IMG/VR virus record: IMGVR_UViG_3300005832_000020
Coordinates: 1-49,012 of that record
DNA length: 49,012 nt
Reading direction: 5' to 3' (one strand)
From: a virus
This document shows, piece after piece, positions 6,902 to 15,346 of the stretch; positions within the stretch are counted from its first letter, which is position 1; each line of letters begins with the position of its first letter. A program made the translations under genes and the position numbers. The notes under the pieces are model-generated. The model was not told the origin of the DNA. It saw only the letters and a program-made list of their open reading frames with translations, and made no database searches.

Positions 6902-7414
6902 ATGGCAGTTTTCCAGATGACAAAGGCGGCAAGTGAACTTCAGTCTGCGGTGGTACTCGATGCAGATTGGTACGAAATGGAGATCACAGAAGAACCCCAG
7001 GTTGAGCCGAACAAGAAGCTCACCGAACTTGGAGGAGAAGCTGACGGAGCAGGTTTTAACATTGTTTTGAGATTGGCCTGCGTAGACCCCCAGTTCCACG
7101 GGAGAAGTTTCACAAAATGGCTCTCCATGGCAAATCCTTCCGACGCTAACAAGTTCACCAAGAACGGTCAGTGTTACACTGATTGGAAAGAGATGAATAT
7201 TCGGCTGGAATCGGCAGCCTTCCAGGGGATTTCCGCAAACGAAGCTAAAGCAATGTTGGCTTCAGGGAGGGAGATTACAGTAGAGTTCTCTGTTGGAGAT
7301 CGAGCACTTTACTACATCACCCAGAAGGTAGTACTTGACGCTATGGGCCAGCCCACGGAAGAGAAGTTCAACGAGCTCGATCCGTGGCAGCTCCCGAGAC
7401 CGATTGCCCGGTAG
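6902..7414 (+). CDS. Hypothetical protein (170 aa), possibly a DUF669/ssDNA-binding-like partner of the AAA_24 ATPase
   Basis: aaaggagaaacaaaa precedes ATG 6902. The functional call rests on synteny with the ATPase and an acidic C-terminal tail, not on a clear motif. Confidence 0.35.
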   Translation: MAVFQMTKAASELQSAVVLDADWYEMEITEEPQVEPNKKLTELGGEADGAGFNIVLRLACVDPQFHGRSFTKWLSMANPSDANKFTKNGQCYTDWKEMNIRLESAAFQGISANEAKAMLASGREITVEFSVGDRALYYITQKVVLDAMGQPTEEKFNELDPWQLPRPIAR

Positions 7415-7420
7415 GAATCT

Positions 7421-7446
7421 CCCCCGGTGAATAATAGCACCGGGGG
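7421..7446 (+). terminator. GC-rich stem-loop after 6902-7414 (cccccggtg / caccggggg); no U-tract
   Basis: 9-bp perfect stem at 7421-7429 and 7438-7446 with loop aataatag. Confidence 0.4.
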
Positions 7447-7465
7447 CAACACAAGGGAGGATGAT

Positions 7466-7819
7466 ATGTCGATCAAAGTTGAAGCAGAAAAGATAGTAGT
7501 GAGAGGCTGTAGGTATTATAAAGTAATAGCATTTGAGGCTCTGTGGGAAGAAGATTTACCAAAGGAATACACGGATAACGAACCGTGTGTTTATAAGTCA
7601 GGAAGTGAGCTTGTAGGAAGAACTTATTATAAAAAAGAGGAAAATTATCACTGTAGCTACTCACCATATGTATTTTGCACTGGTGCGCGTTACAAAGAGG
7701 ACGACTTCAACAGGAGGCTTGATTTCGTCAAAAAATGTGGGGAAAGATTGCGTAAAATCAATAAGCGCCTTGCTAAAGAAAATGCGGAATGGAATGGAAA
7801 GATTGTGCACATCATTTAA
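7466..7819 (+). CDS. Hypothetical protein (117 aa), visibly AT-richer than its neighbours
   Basis: aagggagg lies 5 nt upstream of ATG 7466, an in-frame internal start of ORF 7427-7819. Confidence 0.7.
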   Translation: MSIKVEAEKIVVRGCRYYKVIAFEALWEEDLPKEYTDNEPCVYKSGSELVGRTYYKKEENYHCSYSPYVFCTGARYKEDDFNRRLDFVKKCGERLRKINKRLAKENAEWNGKIVHII

Positions 7820-8046
7820 ACAAGGGGTTTTTGACGATGAATGAGATGATAACAGCACCCGGCTGCATGTAAGCGAAAGTGGAAGAGAGCGCGGGTATGG
7901 CCGGCACCCACCCTTACATCAATATGGGGACGATAACTGATAAGCTCACTACCCCGATGTTTAGGTATCCGTAACCGCCATGCAGCCAAACCACAAACAA
8001 GCCCCAGTGGTATCCACTACACTGGGGCAATTAAAAAGGAGTCCAG
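7820..8046 (+). other. 227-nt noncoding gap with long-range complementarity and a terminal hairpin (candidate structured RNA or regulatory region)
   Basis: ggctgcatg (7861-7869) pairs with catgcagcc (7979-7987); atgtaag (7867-7873) pairs with cttacat (7913-7919). There is a hairpin gccccag...ctggggc at 8001-8028. No RBS-preceded ORF is present. Confidence 0.3.
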
Positions 8047-8229
8047 ATGGATAGAAATTACAAATTCTCCATGTCCAAGGATTTATTCGAGGCCTTTTAC
8101 CGCCTATTCCCTGGACTCGGTGAACGAAGAAGGTTTTTAATCGACCAAATAACCCTTGCCATAACAAAAGCGGAGAAGAAAAAAGATTTCAACAGAGAAA
8201 TCTTCGACGCTTACGAGGAAGGAGAGTAA
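8047..8229 (+). CDS. Small protein (60 aa), possibly a ribbon-helix-helix DNA-binding protein
   Basis: aaaaaggagtccag precedes ATG 8047. The N-terminal YKFSMSKDLFEAFYRL...RRRFLIDQITLAI fits a beta-strand/helix/helix RHH pattern. Confidence 0.5.
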   Translation: MDRNYKFSMSKDLFEAFYRLFPGLGERRRFLIDQITLAITKAEKKKDFNREIFDAYEEGE

Positions 8230-8230
8230 G

Positions 8231-8419
8231 ATGAAAAGAAAAGGAACGATACCTTGGAACAACTATTGTTTGAGAAAGTTTGGTACAAGTATCAAGAAAG
8301 AGATTATCAGTAGCATGAACAAAGCTGTTGCTACTGAAATTACAAAAAAGTTTAAGGGAAGAGAGATTGCCCCTTTCAAAGGAGCTTTTTATATTCCAAA
8401 AACTATAGGAAAATGTTAG
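8231..8419 (+). CDS. Hypothetical basic protein (62 aa)
   Basis: gaaggagagtaag precedes ATG 8231. Confidence 0.65.
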   Translation: MKRKGTIPWNNYCLRKFGTSIKKEIISSMNKAVATEITKKFKGREIAPFKGAFYIPKTIGKC

Positions 8420-8430
8420 AGGAGAGACCC

Positions 8431-8706
8431 ATGAAAAATCTCATCCGGATAATCGGCAAAGCCCCAAGTGAACTAACCCCAGAAGAATGGCTTGAAAAGC
8501 TCCAGGGTGAAAGAAGAAGAGTTCAAGATGCCCTTCTAGCTTTCACCCAAGGAACGTCGACTTCTTTCAAGAAAACAACAAAAGCAACCAGGGAGAAGAA
8601 GAAAGAACTTTCTCTCAAACAACAGTTAGCTTTAATCGAATCCTACGGGTTATCCGTAGAAGCGTTGAAAGAATTTGCCAAGAGGAGGGCCAATGGAGAA
8701 TCCTAA
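8431..8706 (+). CDS. Hypothetical protein (91 aa)
   Basis: agaggagagaccc precedes ATG 8431, an in-frame internal start of ORF 8413-8706. Confidence 0.65.
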   Translation: MKNLIRIIGKAPSELTPEEWLEKLQGERRRVQDALLAFTQGTSTSFKKTTKATREKKKELSLKQQLALIESYGLSVEALKEFAKRRANGES

Positions 8707-10309
8707 ATACGACAAAGTTTACAAAATCAATCCCGAGAAGGTAAGCTGCGGAACGAGGATTCGACAAGAGTTCGAGAGAAAAGGAATGGAAGAACTCGTA
8801 GCTTCAATCCAGCAAACTGGCCAACACACTCCTGGGGTGTGCATGCTCACTCCAGAAGGCGATCTTCGGCTGGTCGCTGGTGAAAGAAGGTTACGAGCTT
8901 GTCAAACCCTTGGAGTTGACTATTCCTACGTTCTCGAACCTTTCGACGAGGGAAAGCTCAAGATCATCGAAATTACCGAGAACCTCCACCGCCGGGCTTA
9001 CACCTGGCAAGAAGAGGTCCAAGCCAAAGCCAACCTCCACTCTTACATGCAAAGCCAGCACGGAGCGGCAGTTTCTGGCCAGCGAGGCGGTTGGGGAATA
9101 GCTCATACTGCCGCCAAACTCGGCCAGGCCATCTCCACACTCAATGAAGATGTGGAGTTGGCCCAGTGGGCCGAGCAGATACCAGAAATATCAAGTGCCC
9201 GGAACAAAACAGATGCAAAGAAGATTGTTCAACGAATAAAGACTCAACTAAACCGAAAAGAACAGTTGGAAGAAGCTTTAGCCAGTTCGGATAACCCTCT
9301 CTTAAGTAGCTTAAGCGCTTCTCTCCAAGAACGATATGAAACAGCTGTTCAGGAACACGAGTTTTCTCCCGGTCAAGAGGGAGAGAAAAGGCCAAAGCAA
9401 GAGGCAAAAGCGGAACCTTCTCTCGAACAACTCAAGCTCGCCCAGTTGGTCTTCTTCGACAAGAAGTGTATTTGCTCATCCTTCGAGGATTATTACCCCA
9501 ACTTACCTAAAGACAACTTTGACATGGTATTCTTTGACCCTCCCTGGGGACAGGATTATTCCACCCAATCCCCAGCAAGTCAAACAAAATTTGACGATTC
9601 TCAAGAACAATTTTTAACCAAGCTACCTCAATGGTTAGAAATGCTTTACTCGGTAATGAGTCCTAACTCCGTTATCTACATGTTCTTCGGAATAGTTGAC
9701 CACGGTTTTGCCTACCAGTCCCTCGAAAGAGCAGGTTTTGAAACAAATTGGATGCCTCTTATCTGGCACAAAAGAGGAGCTCATCGAACACGTAATCCAG
9801 AAACCTGGCGCGGTCGATCTTACGAGCCCATAGCCTACGCTTATAAAGGTAAGAAATCCTTGGTCTTAAGAGGCGCTCCAGACTACATCGAAACAAGTGC
9901 CCCAACCTCTCGCATCAAGAAAGACCACCCAGCGGCTAAACACCCAGGAATTTACCGTCAAATCCTTCTCGACCATTCATTACCGGGAGATAAAATCCTC
10001 GACCCGATGGCCGGGTCAGGAATGTTAGGTGTGGCTTGTGAAAGCATTTGTAGATCTAAACCCCTTGACTGGCTAATGATCGAACAACACGAAGCTTTTA
10101 GAAATCTCCAAATATTCAATCTCCACGAAGGTTATGATTCAATCATCCAAGCTCCAGATGAAACCGAACTCTCCCCCGAACAAGCCATCGAAGTCATCGG
10201 AGCGGTAGATTACAAAACCCTCACCCCAGGTACAAAAGCCTGGACTTACTTCTGGAATAATAATCCAGATAAACAAGACGAGATGCTTGAATGGAGGAAA
10301 AAACAATGA
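8693..10309 (+). CDS. ParB-like N-terminal domain fused to a beta-class N6/N4 DNA methyltransferase
   Basis: The N-terminus has LVAGERRLRAC (ParB/Srx GERR box). The C-terminal half has motif IV MVFFDPPWG before HPAAKHP and motif I ILDPMAGSGMLGVAC. RBS agaggaggg. Confidence 0.7.
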   Translation: MENPKYDKVYKINPEKVSCGTRIRQEFERKGMEELVASIQQTGQHTPGVCMLTPEGDLRLVAGERRLRACQTLGVDYSYVLEPFDEGKLKIIEITENLHRRAYTWQEEVQAKANLHSYMQSQHGAAVSGQRGGWGIAHTAAKLGQAISTLNEDVELAQWAEQIPEISSARNKTDAKKIVQRIKTQLNRKEQLEEALASSDNPLLSSLSASLQERYETAVQEHEFSPGQEGEKRPKQEAKAEPSLEQLKLAQLVFFDKKCICSSFEDYYPNLPKDNFDMVFFDPPWGQDYSTQSPASQTKFDDSQEQFLTKLPQWLEMLYSVMSPNSVIYMFFGIVDHGFAYQSLERAGFETNWMPLIWHKRGAHRTRNPETWRGRSYEPIAYAYKGKKSLVLRGAPDYIETSAPTSRIKKDHPAAKHPGIYRQILLDHSLPGDKILDPMAGSGMLGVACESICRSKPLDWLMIEQHEAFRNLQIFNLHEGYDSIIQAPDETELSPEQAIEVIGAVDYKTLTPGTKAWTYFWNNNPDKQDEMLEWRKKQ

Positions 10310-10536
10310 AAGAACGGAATATTCCATGGTCTTTGTTAGTTGATATATCTATGACAAGCTGTGACAAAAAGTATGACAAAGAAGAAATACTTAAAAAATT
10401 TAAGAATCACGGTGATTTGGTAATGGAAACTTACAGATGGTATAACGATTTTAACAAGCGGTGGGTTTTCGAGTACTACAACCGCAGGTGGTCGATGGCT
10501 ATAGGGTACGCGAATTTTAAACATATGTGGGAGTGA
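10306..10536 (+). CDS. Hypothetical protein (76 aa); shares an N-terminal motif with 4974-5180
   Basis: ggaggaaaaaaca precedes ATG 10306, with an ATGA overlap with the methyltransferase stop. Confidence 0.6.
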   Translation: MKERNIPWSLLVDISMTSCDKKYDKEEILKKFKNHGDLVMETYRWYNDFNKRWVFEYYNRRWSMAIGYANFKHMWE

Positions 10537-10613
10537 GAAATGACCGAAAAATATTTACCAAAAAGGTCTGAAAATTTCCAAACTTCCGCGAAGAACTCGA
10601 AAGGAGATCGACG

Positions 10614-13082
10614 ATGCCCGGAACAAACACAAATAGACTAACCACTCGAATAGTCCCTCCTCATGGCCCCATCGGAGCAACTATTTGTTTCATTGGAGAA
10701 GCCCCAGGCGAAGTCGAAGACCGCTGTGGTCTACCCTTCCAAGGCCCTGCTGGTCAGTTCCACGATCGTTGCCTCTCCCAAGTGGGAATAGTCCGTTCAG
10801 AGACTCTTCACACCAACCTTTTTAACCAACGACCGCCCAAGAACAACGCTGGTTACTTCTTCCAAGATTCAAAATGTACCAAGCTTACCTGGGAAGGAGA
10901 AGAACACGTAGAAGCCCTACGAATGTGGCTCGAATCTCTCCGCACCAACGGTTCACCTCCGAATATCCTGGTAAGCCTGGGCCGTCACGCTATGCGCTTT
11001 CTCACCGGCAAGTCCCGTATAAACAAGTGGCGAGGAAGTGTAGTACCTTGTACCCTCTCTCCTGGTTACAAAGTTTACATCATGTACCACCCTTCTTACG
11101 TAAACCGCCTGATCAACGAAAAAGAAGAGCGATACCTCGGCGGCGAAAAGAAAAAAGACTCCCAAAACGCCTTACCCCTTTACCTTTTAGACCTCCAAAG
11201 AGTCTTACAACAGAGTGAAACACCAGAACTCCTTTACCCCAACAGAACTTTCTACACTGAGCTTTCCTATTCTGAACTTTGTTCTCGTCTCACCACCTTA
11301 ACCAAAGCAACCGGATCAGTCGCCGTGGATATTGAAACCTTACCCTCCGCAACCGGTCCCATAGTTTGGAAAATAGGCTTTGCAGAATCCCCAGGCGAAG
11401 GTTTTTCCATCCACATTCTTCGAAACCAACGATTCAACTACCCTCTTCACGAAGAGGCCCATTTATGGAAACTCATCTCTGAGGTATTTCTCAACCCCAA
11501 CCTCAAAAAGATCTTTCAAGGTGGAATTCAGTACGACCTTCCCATTCTCGGTCGTTATTACGGCCTTCGTCTCGCAGACAGAACCCTCGAAGATACAATG
11601 TGGGTTCACCAAGCTACCTATCCCTACCTCCGAAAGAGCTTACAGCTATTAGCTTCCATTTACACCTGGGAACCTTACTACAAAGACGAATCAAAAGTCC
11701 ACCTTGGCAACCGACGATCTGACGAAGCAGAAGCAGCATACAATGCTAAAGACTGCTGTGTCACCAGAGAAGTTCTTCCCGTAATAACCAGAGAAGCAAA
11801 GGAACACCATACCTGGCTCGGCTATCTCCGCCAAATGCACGTTTCGCCCTCCATAATAGCCATGATAACAAAGGGTGTTCGTGTTGATAAGAAAAAATTA
11901 GACGAACTCAACCAAGAATACACTCAACTTTCTACCGATGCAAAGAGAGCAATCGAAGCAGAAATTGGCAAAGAGATAAACCTAAACTCTTCGAGTCAGA
12001 AAGCTCGTCTCCTCTATGGATACCTCGGTCTTCCTATAATCACACACCCCAAGACCAAGAAACCAACCACAGACGCGTCTGCAATTGCTCGCCTCACAAG
12101 GCAATTTCCGAACAACTCTATTCTCAAAAAGCTTGCAGAGTATCAAGAATACACTAAACTCATCCAAGACTTCACCAACATAACCATAGGTTCAGACGGT
12201 CGAGTTCACACAAGCTATGGTTGGGTATCAACTTGGCGGCTCAACAGTTCCGAAGGCCCGTTTGGAGACGGTCGAAATCTCCAGAACATTCCAAGAAGAG
12301 TTCGTTCTTTCTTCATCCCAGACGAAGGATTGGAAATGGGAGCTCGGGATTTAATCCAAGCAGAAGCTCAGTTTGTAGATTGGGATTCCGAAAACCTTGG
12401 CGCAATCGAAGATTTCAAAAACGGTACAGATACCCATTGGAAAAAAGCTTGCGAACTTTTCAACATTCCTCTCGGATCAAAATACCTCCCAGAAGTAGAC
12501 TACAGAGATCCAATTTCCAAACAGCTCCTAAAAATGAAAGACCTCCGAAAATGCGGTAAGATAATCCGCCATGCTGGTAACTACGACATGGGACCGATTA
12601 TTCTCCAAAACATCTTCCTTGTCAATGGATTCTATTACTCGGCCGCCCAGTGCAAGAAAATAATGGAAATAAGCAGAGCAAACTCCCCACACCTTTTAGC
12701 TTGGCACCGACGAATCAGAGAACAACTCAACACTACCCGTACTCTCATTACCCCCGAACCTTTTGCTCGCAAACGAGAATTCTTGGGCCGCCTCAACGAT
12801 ACCCTCTACAAAGCTGGTTACGCTTTCCGCCCTCAGTCCACCATTGGCGAAATCCTCCAGGTAGGCACCCAACGAATCTTCGACCGCCTCGACTACCTCG
12901 ACATTTTACTCAACGTTCACGACGAGATTGTTTGGCAGTGCCACCCTAACGATATGGCCAAAGCCCATGCTGATGTAGAAGAACTACTCGAAACCCCAAT
13001 AGAATTTCCCATAGGCAAACTTATCATCGGTAGCGATGGAAAAAGAGGCCCGTCCTGGGGAGAAATGAAGGAAATAAAATGA
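10614..13082 (+). CDS. Fusion protein: family-4-like uracil-DNA glycosylase domain, 3'-5' exonuclease and family-A DNA polymerase
   Basis: UDG motifs FIGEAPGEVEDRCGLPFQGPAG and YHPSY. Exonuclease motifs VAVDIETL and YNAKDC. Polymerase motif B RKCGKIIRHAGNYDMG and motif C NVHDEIVW. RBS gaaaggagatcgacg. Confidence 0.8.
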   Translation: MPGTNTNRLTTRIVPPHGPIGATICFIGEAPGEVEDRCGLPFQGPAGQFHDRCLSQVGIVRSETLHTNLFNQRPPKNNAGYFFQDSKCTKLTWEGEEHVEALRMWLESLRTNGSPPNILVSLGRHAMRFLTGKSRINKWRGSVVPCTLSPGYKVYIMYHPSYVNRLINEKEERYLGGEKKKDSQNALPLYLLDLQRVLQQSETPELLYPNRTFYTELSYSELCSRLTTLTKATGSVAVDIETLPSATGPIVWKIGFAESPGEGFSIHILRNQRFNYPLHEEAHLWKLISEVFLNPNLKKIFQGGIQYDLPILGRYYGLRLADRTLEDTMWVHQATYPYLRKSLQLLASIYTWEPYYKDESKVHLGNRRSDEAEAAYNAKDCCVTREVLPVITREAKEHHTWLGYLRQMHVSPSIIAMITKGVRVDKKKLDELNQEYTQLSTDAKRAIEAEIGKEINLNSSSQKARLLYGYLGLPIITHPKTKKPTTDASAIARLTRQFPNNSILKKLAEYQEYTKLIQDFTNITIGSDGRVHTSYGWVSTWRLNSSEGPFGDGRNLQNIPRRVRSFFIPDEGLEMGARDLIQAEAQFVDWDSENLGAIEDFKNGTDTHWKKACELFNIPLGSKYLPEVDYRDPISKQLLKMKDLRKCGKIIRHAGNYDMGPIILQNIFLVNGFYYSAAQCKKIMEISRANSPHLLAWHRRIREQLNTTRTLITPEPFARKREFLGRLNDTLYKAGYAFRPQSTIGEILQVGTQRIFDRLDYLDILLNVHDEIVWQCHPNDMAKAHADVEELLETPIEFPIGKLIIGSDGKRGPSWGEMKEIK

Positions 13083-13249
13083 AACCTTTTGAGGAAACAG
13101 AAGAACAAAAGTGGGAACGTTGTAAAAACTCTTCACCTTCTTGTGAAGACCTTGACTGGTGTATATTCACTGGATTTATCCAAAGATGCTCCATCCACAC
13201 CTGCATCCTTTGGCACTTTCGCACCTGGGAAGATACACGTAAGCCCTAA
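13079..13249 (+). CDS. Small Cys-rich hypothetical protein (56 aa; ...KWERCKNSSPSCEDLDWCIF...QRCSIHTCILW...), below the ORF-track cutoff
   Basis: ATG 13079 forms an ATGA overlap with the polymerase stop, and gaagga lies upstream. I prefer it over the overlapping non-ATG ORF 13089-13286. Confidence 0.4.
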   Translation: MKPFEETEEQKWERCKNSSPSCEDLDWCIFTGFIQRCSIHTCILWHFRTWEDTRKP

Positions 13250-13278
13250 ACCGTTACATACCATGAACCGCTTGAGGG
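13244..13278 (+). repeat. 35-bp quasi-palindrome family, copy 4 (ccctaaaccgttacataccatgaaccgcttgaggg)
   Basis: Ends 4 nt before ATG 13283 and is followed by tttt. Confidence 0.75.
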
Positions 13279-13282
13279 TTTT

Positions 13283-14488
13283 ATGAGCTACAAAAGACAA
13301 TTACCAAATTGGCTCAAGGGGTTACAGGAATATGTAGAGGAAAGCGAAAGTCCCCGGCAGTTCTGGATGTGGGCAGGTTTAAGCACTATAGCTGGAGCAT
13401 TGCAACGAAAAGTCTGGCTTCCATTTGGGTTTGAACCTATCTTTCCTAATCTCTACGTATTGATTGTAGCTCCGCCGGGCAGGTGCCGTAAGGGTGCTCC
13501 GGTAGCCTTTGTTAAAAAGATGCTTACAGAAATAGGGGCAAACGTTTATGTTGACTCACCTACAAAAAGAGCTCTGACAAAAGCTTTAGATAGTCTGGGT
13601 AAAAACAACGCCTTTATGTATCAAGGTAAACCGAGAGTACATTGTTCAATCACACTTCCGAGTAAAGAACTTTCGAGTTTCTTGGCCACAGATACCAAGG
13701 CTATGGTGGAAATTTTAACAGAAATCTACGATTGCCATGATATCTGGGAGTATCAAACGAGTGGAGAGGGAAAGGATAAACTCTACGGTTTGTGTACAAA
13801 TTGCTTCTTTGCCACAACACCAAGCTGGATGGCTACAAACCTTCCTGAAGAAGCAATCGGAGGAGGCTTTACCAGTAGGTTTGTGTTAGTGAGTGGATTA
13901 GAAAAATACAAATACGTTCCTATTCCGCCTCCACCGGATAGTGAAATTTACAAGAGTCTCAAACTTGACTTAACCCACATATCCACCCAACTGATTGGAG
14001 AATTTGTTTGGGGAGATGGGGCGGAAAAGTTATTCTCTGATTGGTACATGACCATAGAGCCAAAAAGGAAAGCAACTAAAGACGAGAGAATCCATTCCAT
14101 GTTCGAAAGGCTCCATGTGATAACTATAAAAGTTGCTATGTGCCTACGAGTTGCTTATTCTGATGATTTGATACTAACCTGTGAAGATATTACTGGAGCT
14201 ATTAGGCTGGCCGAAAGTGTTCTCAATACAGCAGGAGATGCTTTGAGTGACCACGGTCGATCTAAACAAGCTGTGGACGTTGGTAAGGTTATAAGTCAAA
14301 TCAAGCTCGCGGGAAGTATTACCTTCCAAGAACTGATGAAGTTAAATTTTAGAAACACAACAAAAACCGAGTTAGAAGAAATTATCCAAACGATTCAGGT
14401 GATGGGGTTGGCAAAGTTAATTGGCAACAAGAATCCTTGGTTAAGCCAAATCGTTTGGACACCACCACAAAAGGAGGCAAGAAGATGA
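13283..14488 (+). CDS. DUF3987-like P-loop protein (putative replicative helicase or primase-associated ATPase)
   Basis: The N-terminal pattern PRQFWMWAGLSTIAGALQRK...LYVLIVAPPGRCRKGA (Walker-A-like), then GGGFTSRFVLV, resembles the DUF3987 family by memory. Confidence 0.4.
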   Translation: MSYKRQLPNWLKGLQEYVEESESPRQFWMWAGLSTIAGALQRKVWLPFGFEPIFPNLYVLIVAPPGRCRKGAPVAFVKKMLTEIGANVYVDSPTKRALTKALDSLGKNNAFMYQGKPRVHCSITLPSKELSSFLATDTKAMVEILTEIYDCHDIWEYQTSGEGKDKLYGLCTNCFFATTPSWMATNLPEEAIGGGFTSRFVLVSGLEKYKYVPIPPPPDSEIYKSLKLDLTHISTQLIGEFVWGDGAEKLFSDWYMTIEPKRKATKDERIHSMFERLHVITIKVAMCLRVAYSDDLILTCEDITGAIRLAESVLNTAGDALSDHGRSKQAVDVGKVISQIKLAGSITFQELMKLNFRNTTKTELEEIIQTIQVMGLAKLIGNKNPWLSQIVWTPPQKEARR

Positions 14489-14730
14489 AATTTAAAAAGT
14501 TGTATGTTGTTAGAATGCTTCTTCAAACAGGTTATACAATATATGGATATAGCTGGAAAATAAAGTGTAATAGTTATGACATAATTAGTAACACAATATT
14601 CCCAGATGAGAAAGCCGCAAGAAAATCTTTGTTGTATAATATGATCAAAAGATTCGATATGAATAAACCTGAAAAAAGTTCAATTGTAATAGAAGATTTT
14701 ATTATAGTTGACTACACACTTAATATTTAA
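14485..14730 (+). CDS. Hypothetical protein (81 aa), AT-rich
   Basis: aaaaggaggcaagaag precedes ATG 14485, with an ATGA overlap with the upstream stop. Confidence 0.65.
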   Translation: MKFKKLYVVRMLLQTGYTIYGYSWKIKCNSYDIISNTIFPDEKAARKSLLYNMIKRFDMNKPEKSSIVIEDFIIVDYTLNI

Positions 14731-14748
14731 AAAGGAGGCAAGAACGAG

Positions 14749-15333
14749 ATGAGACCAAATCCATTATTACTACCAGCAGATGTTGGTTTAACCAGATCAT
14801 CAAGTTTTATAGGCGATACGATAAGGGTATTCGAAACTTCTCCAGGAGAAAAAGCAACAAAGGTAAACCATTCTTTTATTGTTACAGACATGGGTAGGCT
14901 TTGTCCGTACCTATGCCAGAGACCTCTTCCATTAGCTCAGATAGTTGAAGCTAGATCCAGAGTTCGACATCACGAGCTTTATAAACATTATCATGCTGAT
15001 GGGAGAAAGGTTTCTATTTGGAGAAATCCGTATTTATTTGACCGGACGAGGGAGATAATAGCCACTCACGCTTTTCACTACGTTGGTAAGAAATACGGAA
15101 CTCAAGAGATAGTTGGCCACGCATTAGACCGCCTATGTGGAGGAATCTATTTCTTTAGGAAAATATTCGGTTCAGATAACTATCCCATTTGTTCTTGGGT
15201 AACTGCATACGCGTATAAGAAAGCAGGTATAGCCTGCTCTTACCTACCAGCCGACGCAACAGACCCAGACGATATCTGGGATTTTGTCAAAGCCGAAGGA
15301 TGGGAATGTATCTTATCATTGCAGGAGATTTAA
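14749..15333 (+). CDS. Permuted papain-fold NlpC/P60-like (YiiX/C92-like) peptidase; candidate cell-wall hydrolase
   Basis: A His-containing strand KVNHSFIV precedes NYPICSWVTAYAYKKAGI (candidate catalytic Cys), the order seen in permuted NlpC/P60 enzymes. RBS aaaaaggaggcaagaacgag. Confidence 0.45.
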   Translation: MRPNPLLLPADVGLTRSSSFIGDTIRVFETSPGEKATKVNHSFIVTDMGRLCPYLCQRPLPLAQIVEARSRVRHHELYKHYHADGRKVSIWRNPYLFDRTREIIATHAFHYVGKKYGTQEIVGHALDRLCGGIYFFRKIFGSDNYPICSWVTAYAYKKAGIACSYLPADATDPDDIWDFVKAEGWECILSLQEI

Positions 15334-15346
15334 AAGGAGGCAAACA

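Noticed and set aside
7820-8046. Possible tRNA in the 227-nt gap
   Set aside because: I could find no GTTCRANYC-type T-loop and no cloverleaf with correct arm spacing. I kept the region only as an unspecified structured element.
7961-8167. 68-aa - strand ORF overlapping the 7820-8046 gap and the 8047-8229 gene
   Set aside because: It is on the wrong strand for this arm, has no RBS, and overlaps a + gene with a strong RBS.
10540-10641. 33-aa ORF (MTEKYLPKRSENFQTSAKNSKGDRRCPEQTQID) between 10536 and the polymerase start
   Set aside because: It has a plausible gggag RBS, but it is very short and overlaps the polymerase start by 28 nt, including the polymerase RBS. The evidence is insufficient to call it.
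6036-12949. Alternative-frame ORFs within the ATPase and polymerase genes (6036-6533, 10874-11218, 11380-11652, 12221-12559, 12650-12949)
   Set aside because: They are Arg/Pro/Ser-rich off-frame translations with no RBS, while the host-frame proteins carry clear catalytic motifs. I saw no slippery sequence suggesting programmed frameshifting.
13089-13286. ORF-track 65-aa ORF in the polymerase-helicase gap
   Set aside because: It has a non-ATG start without an RBS and reads through the 35-bp palindrome. The ATGA-coupled 13079-13249 frame is the better candidate.
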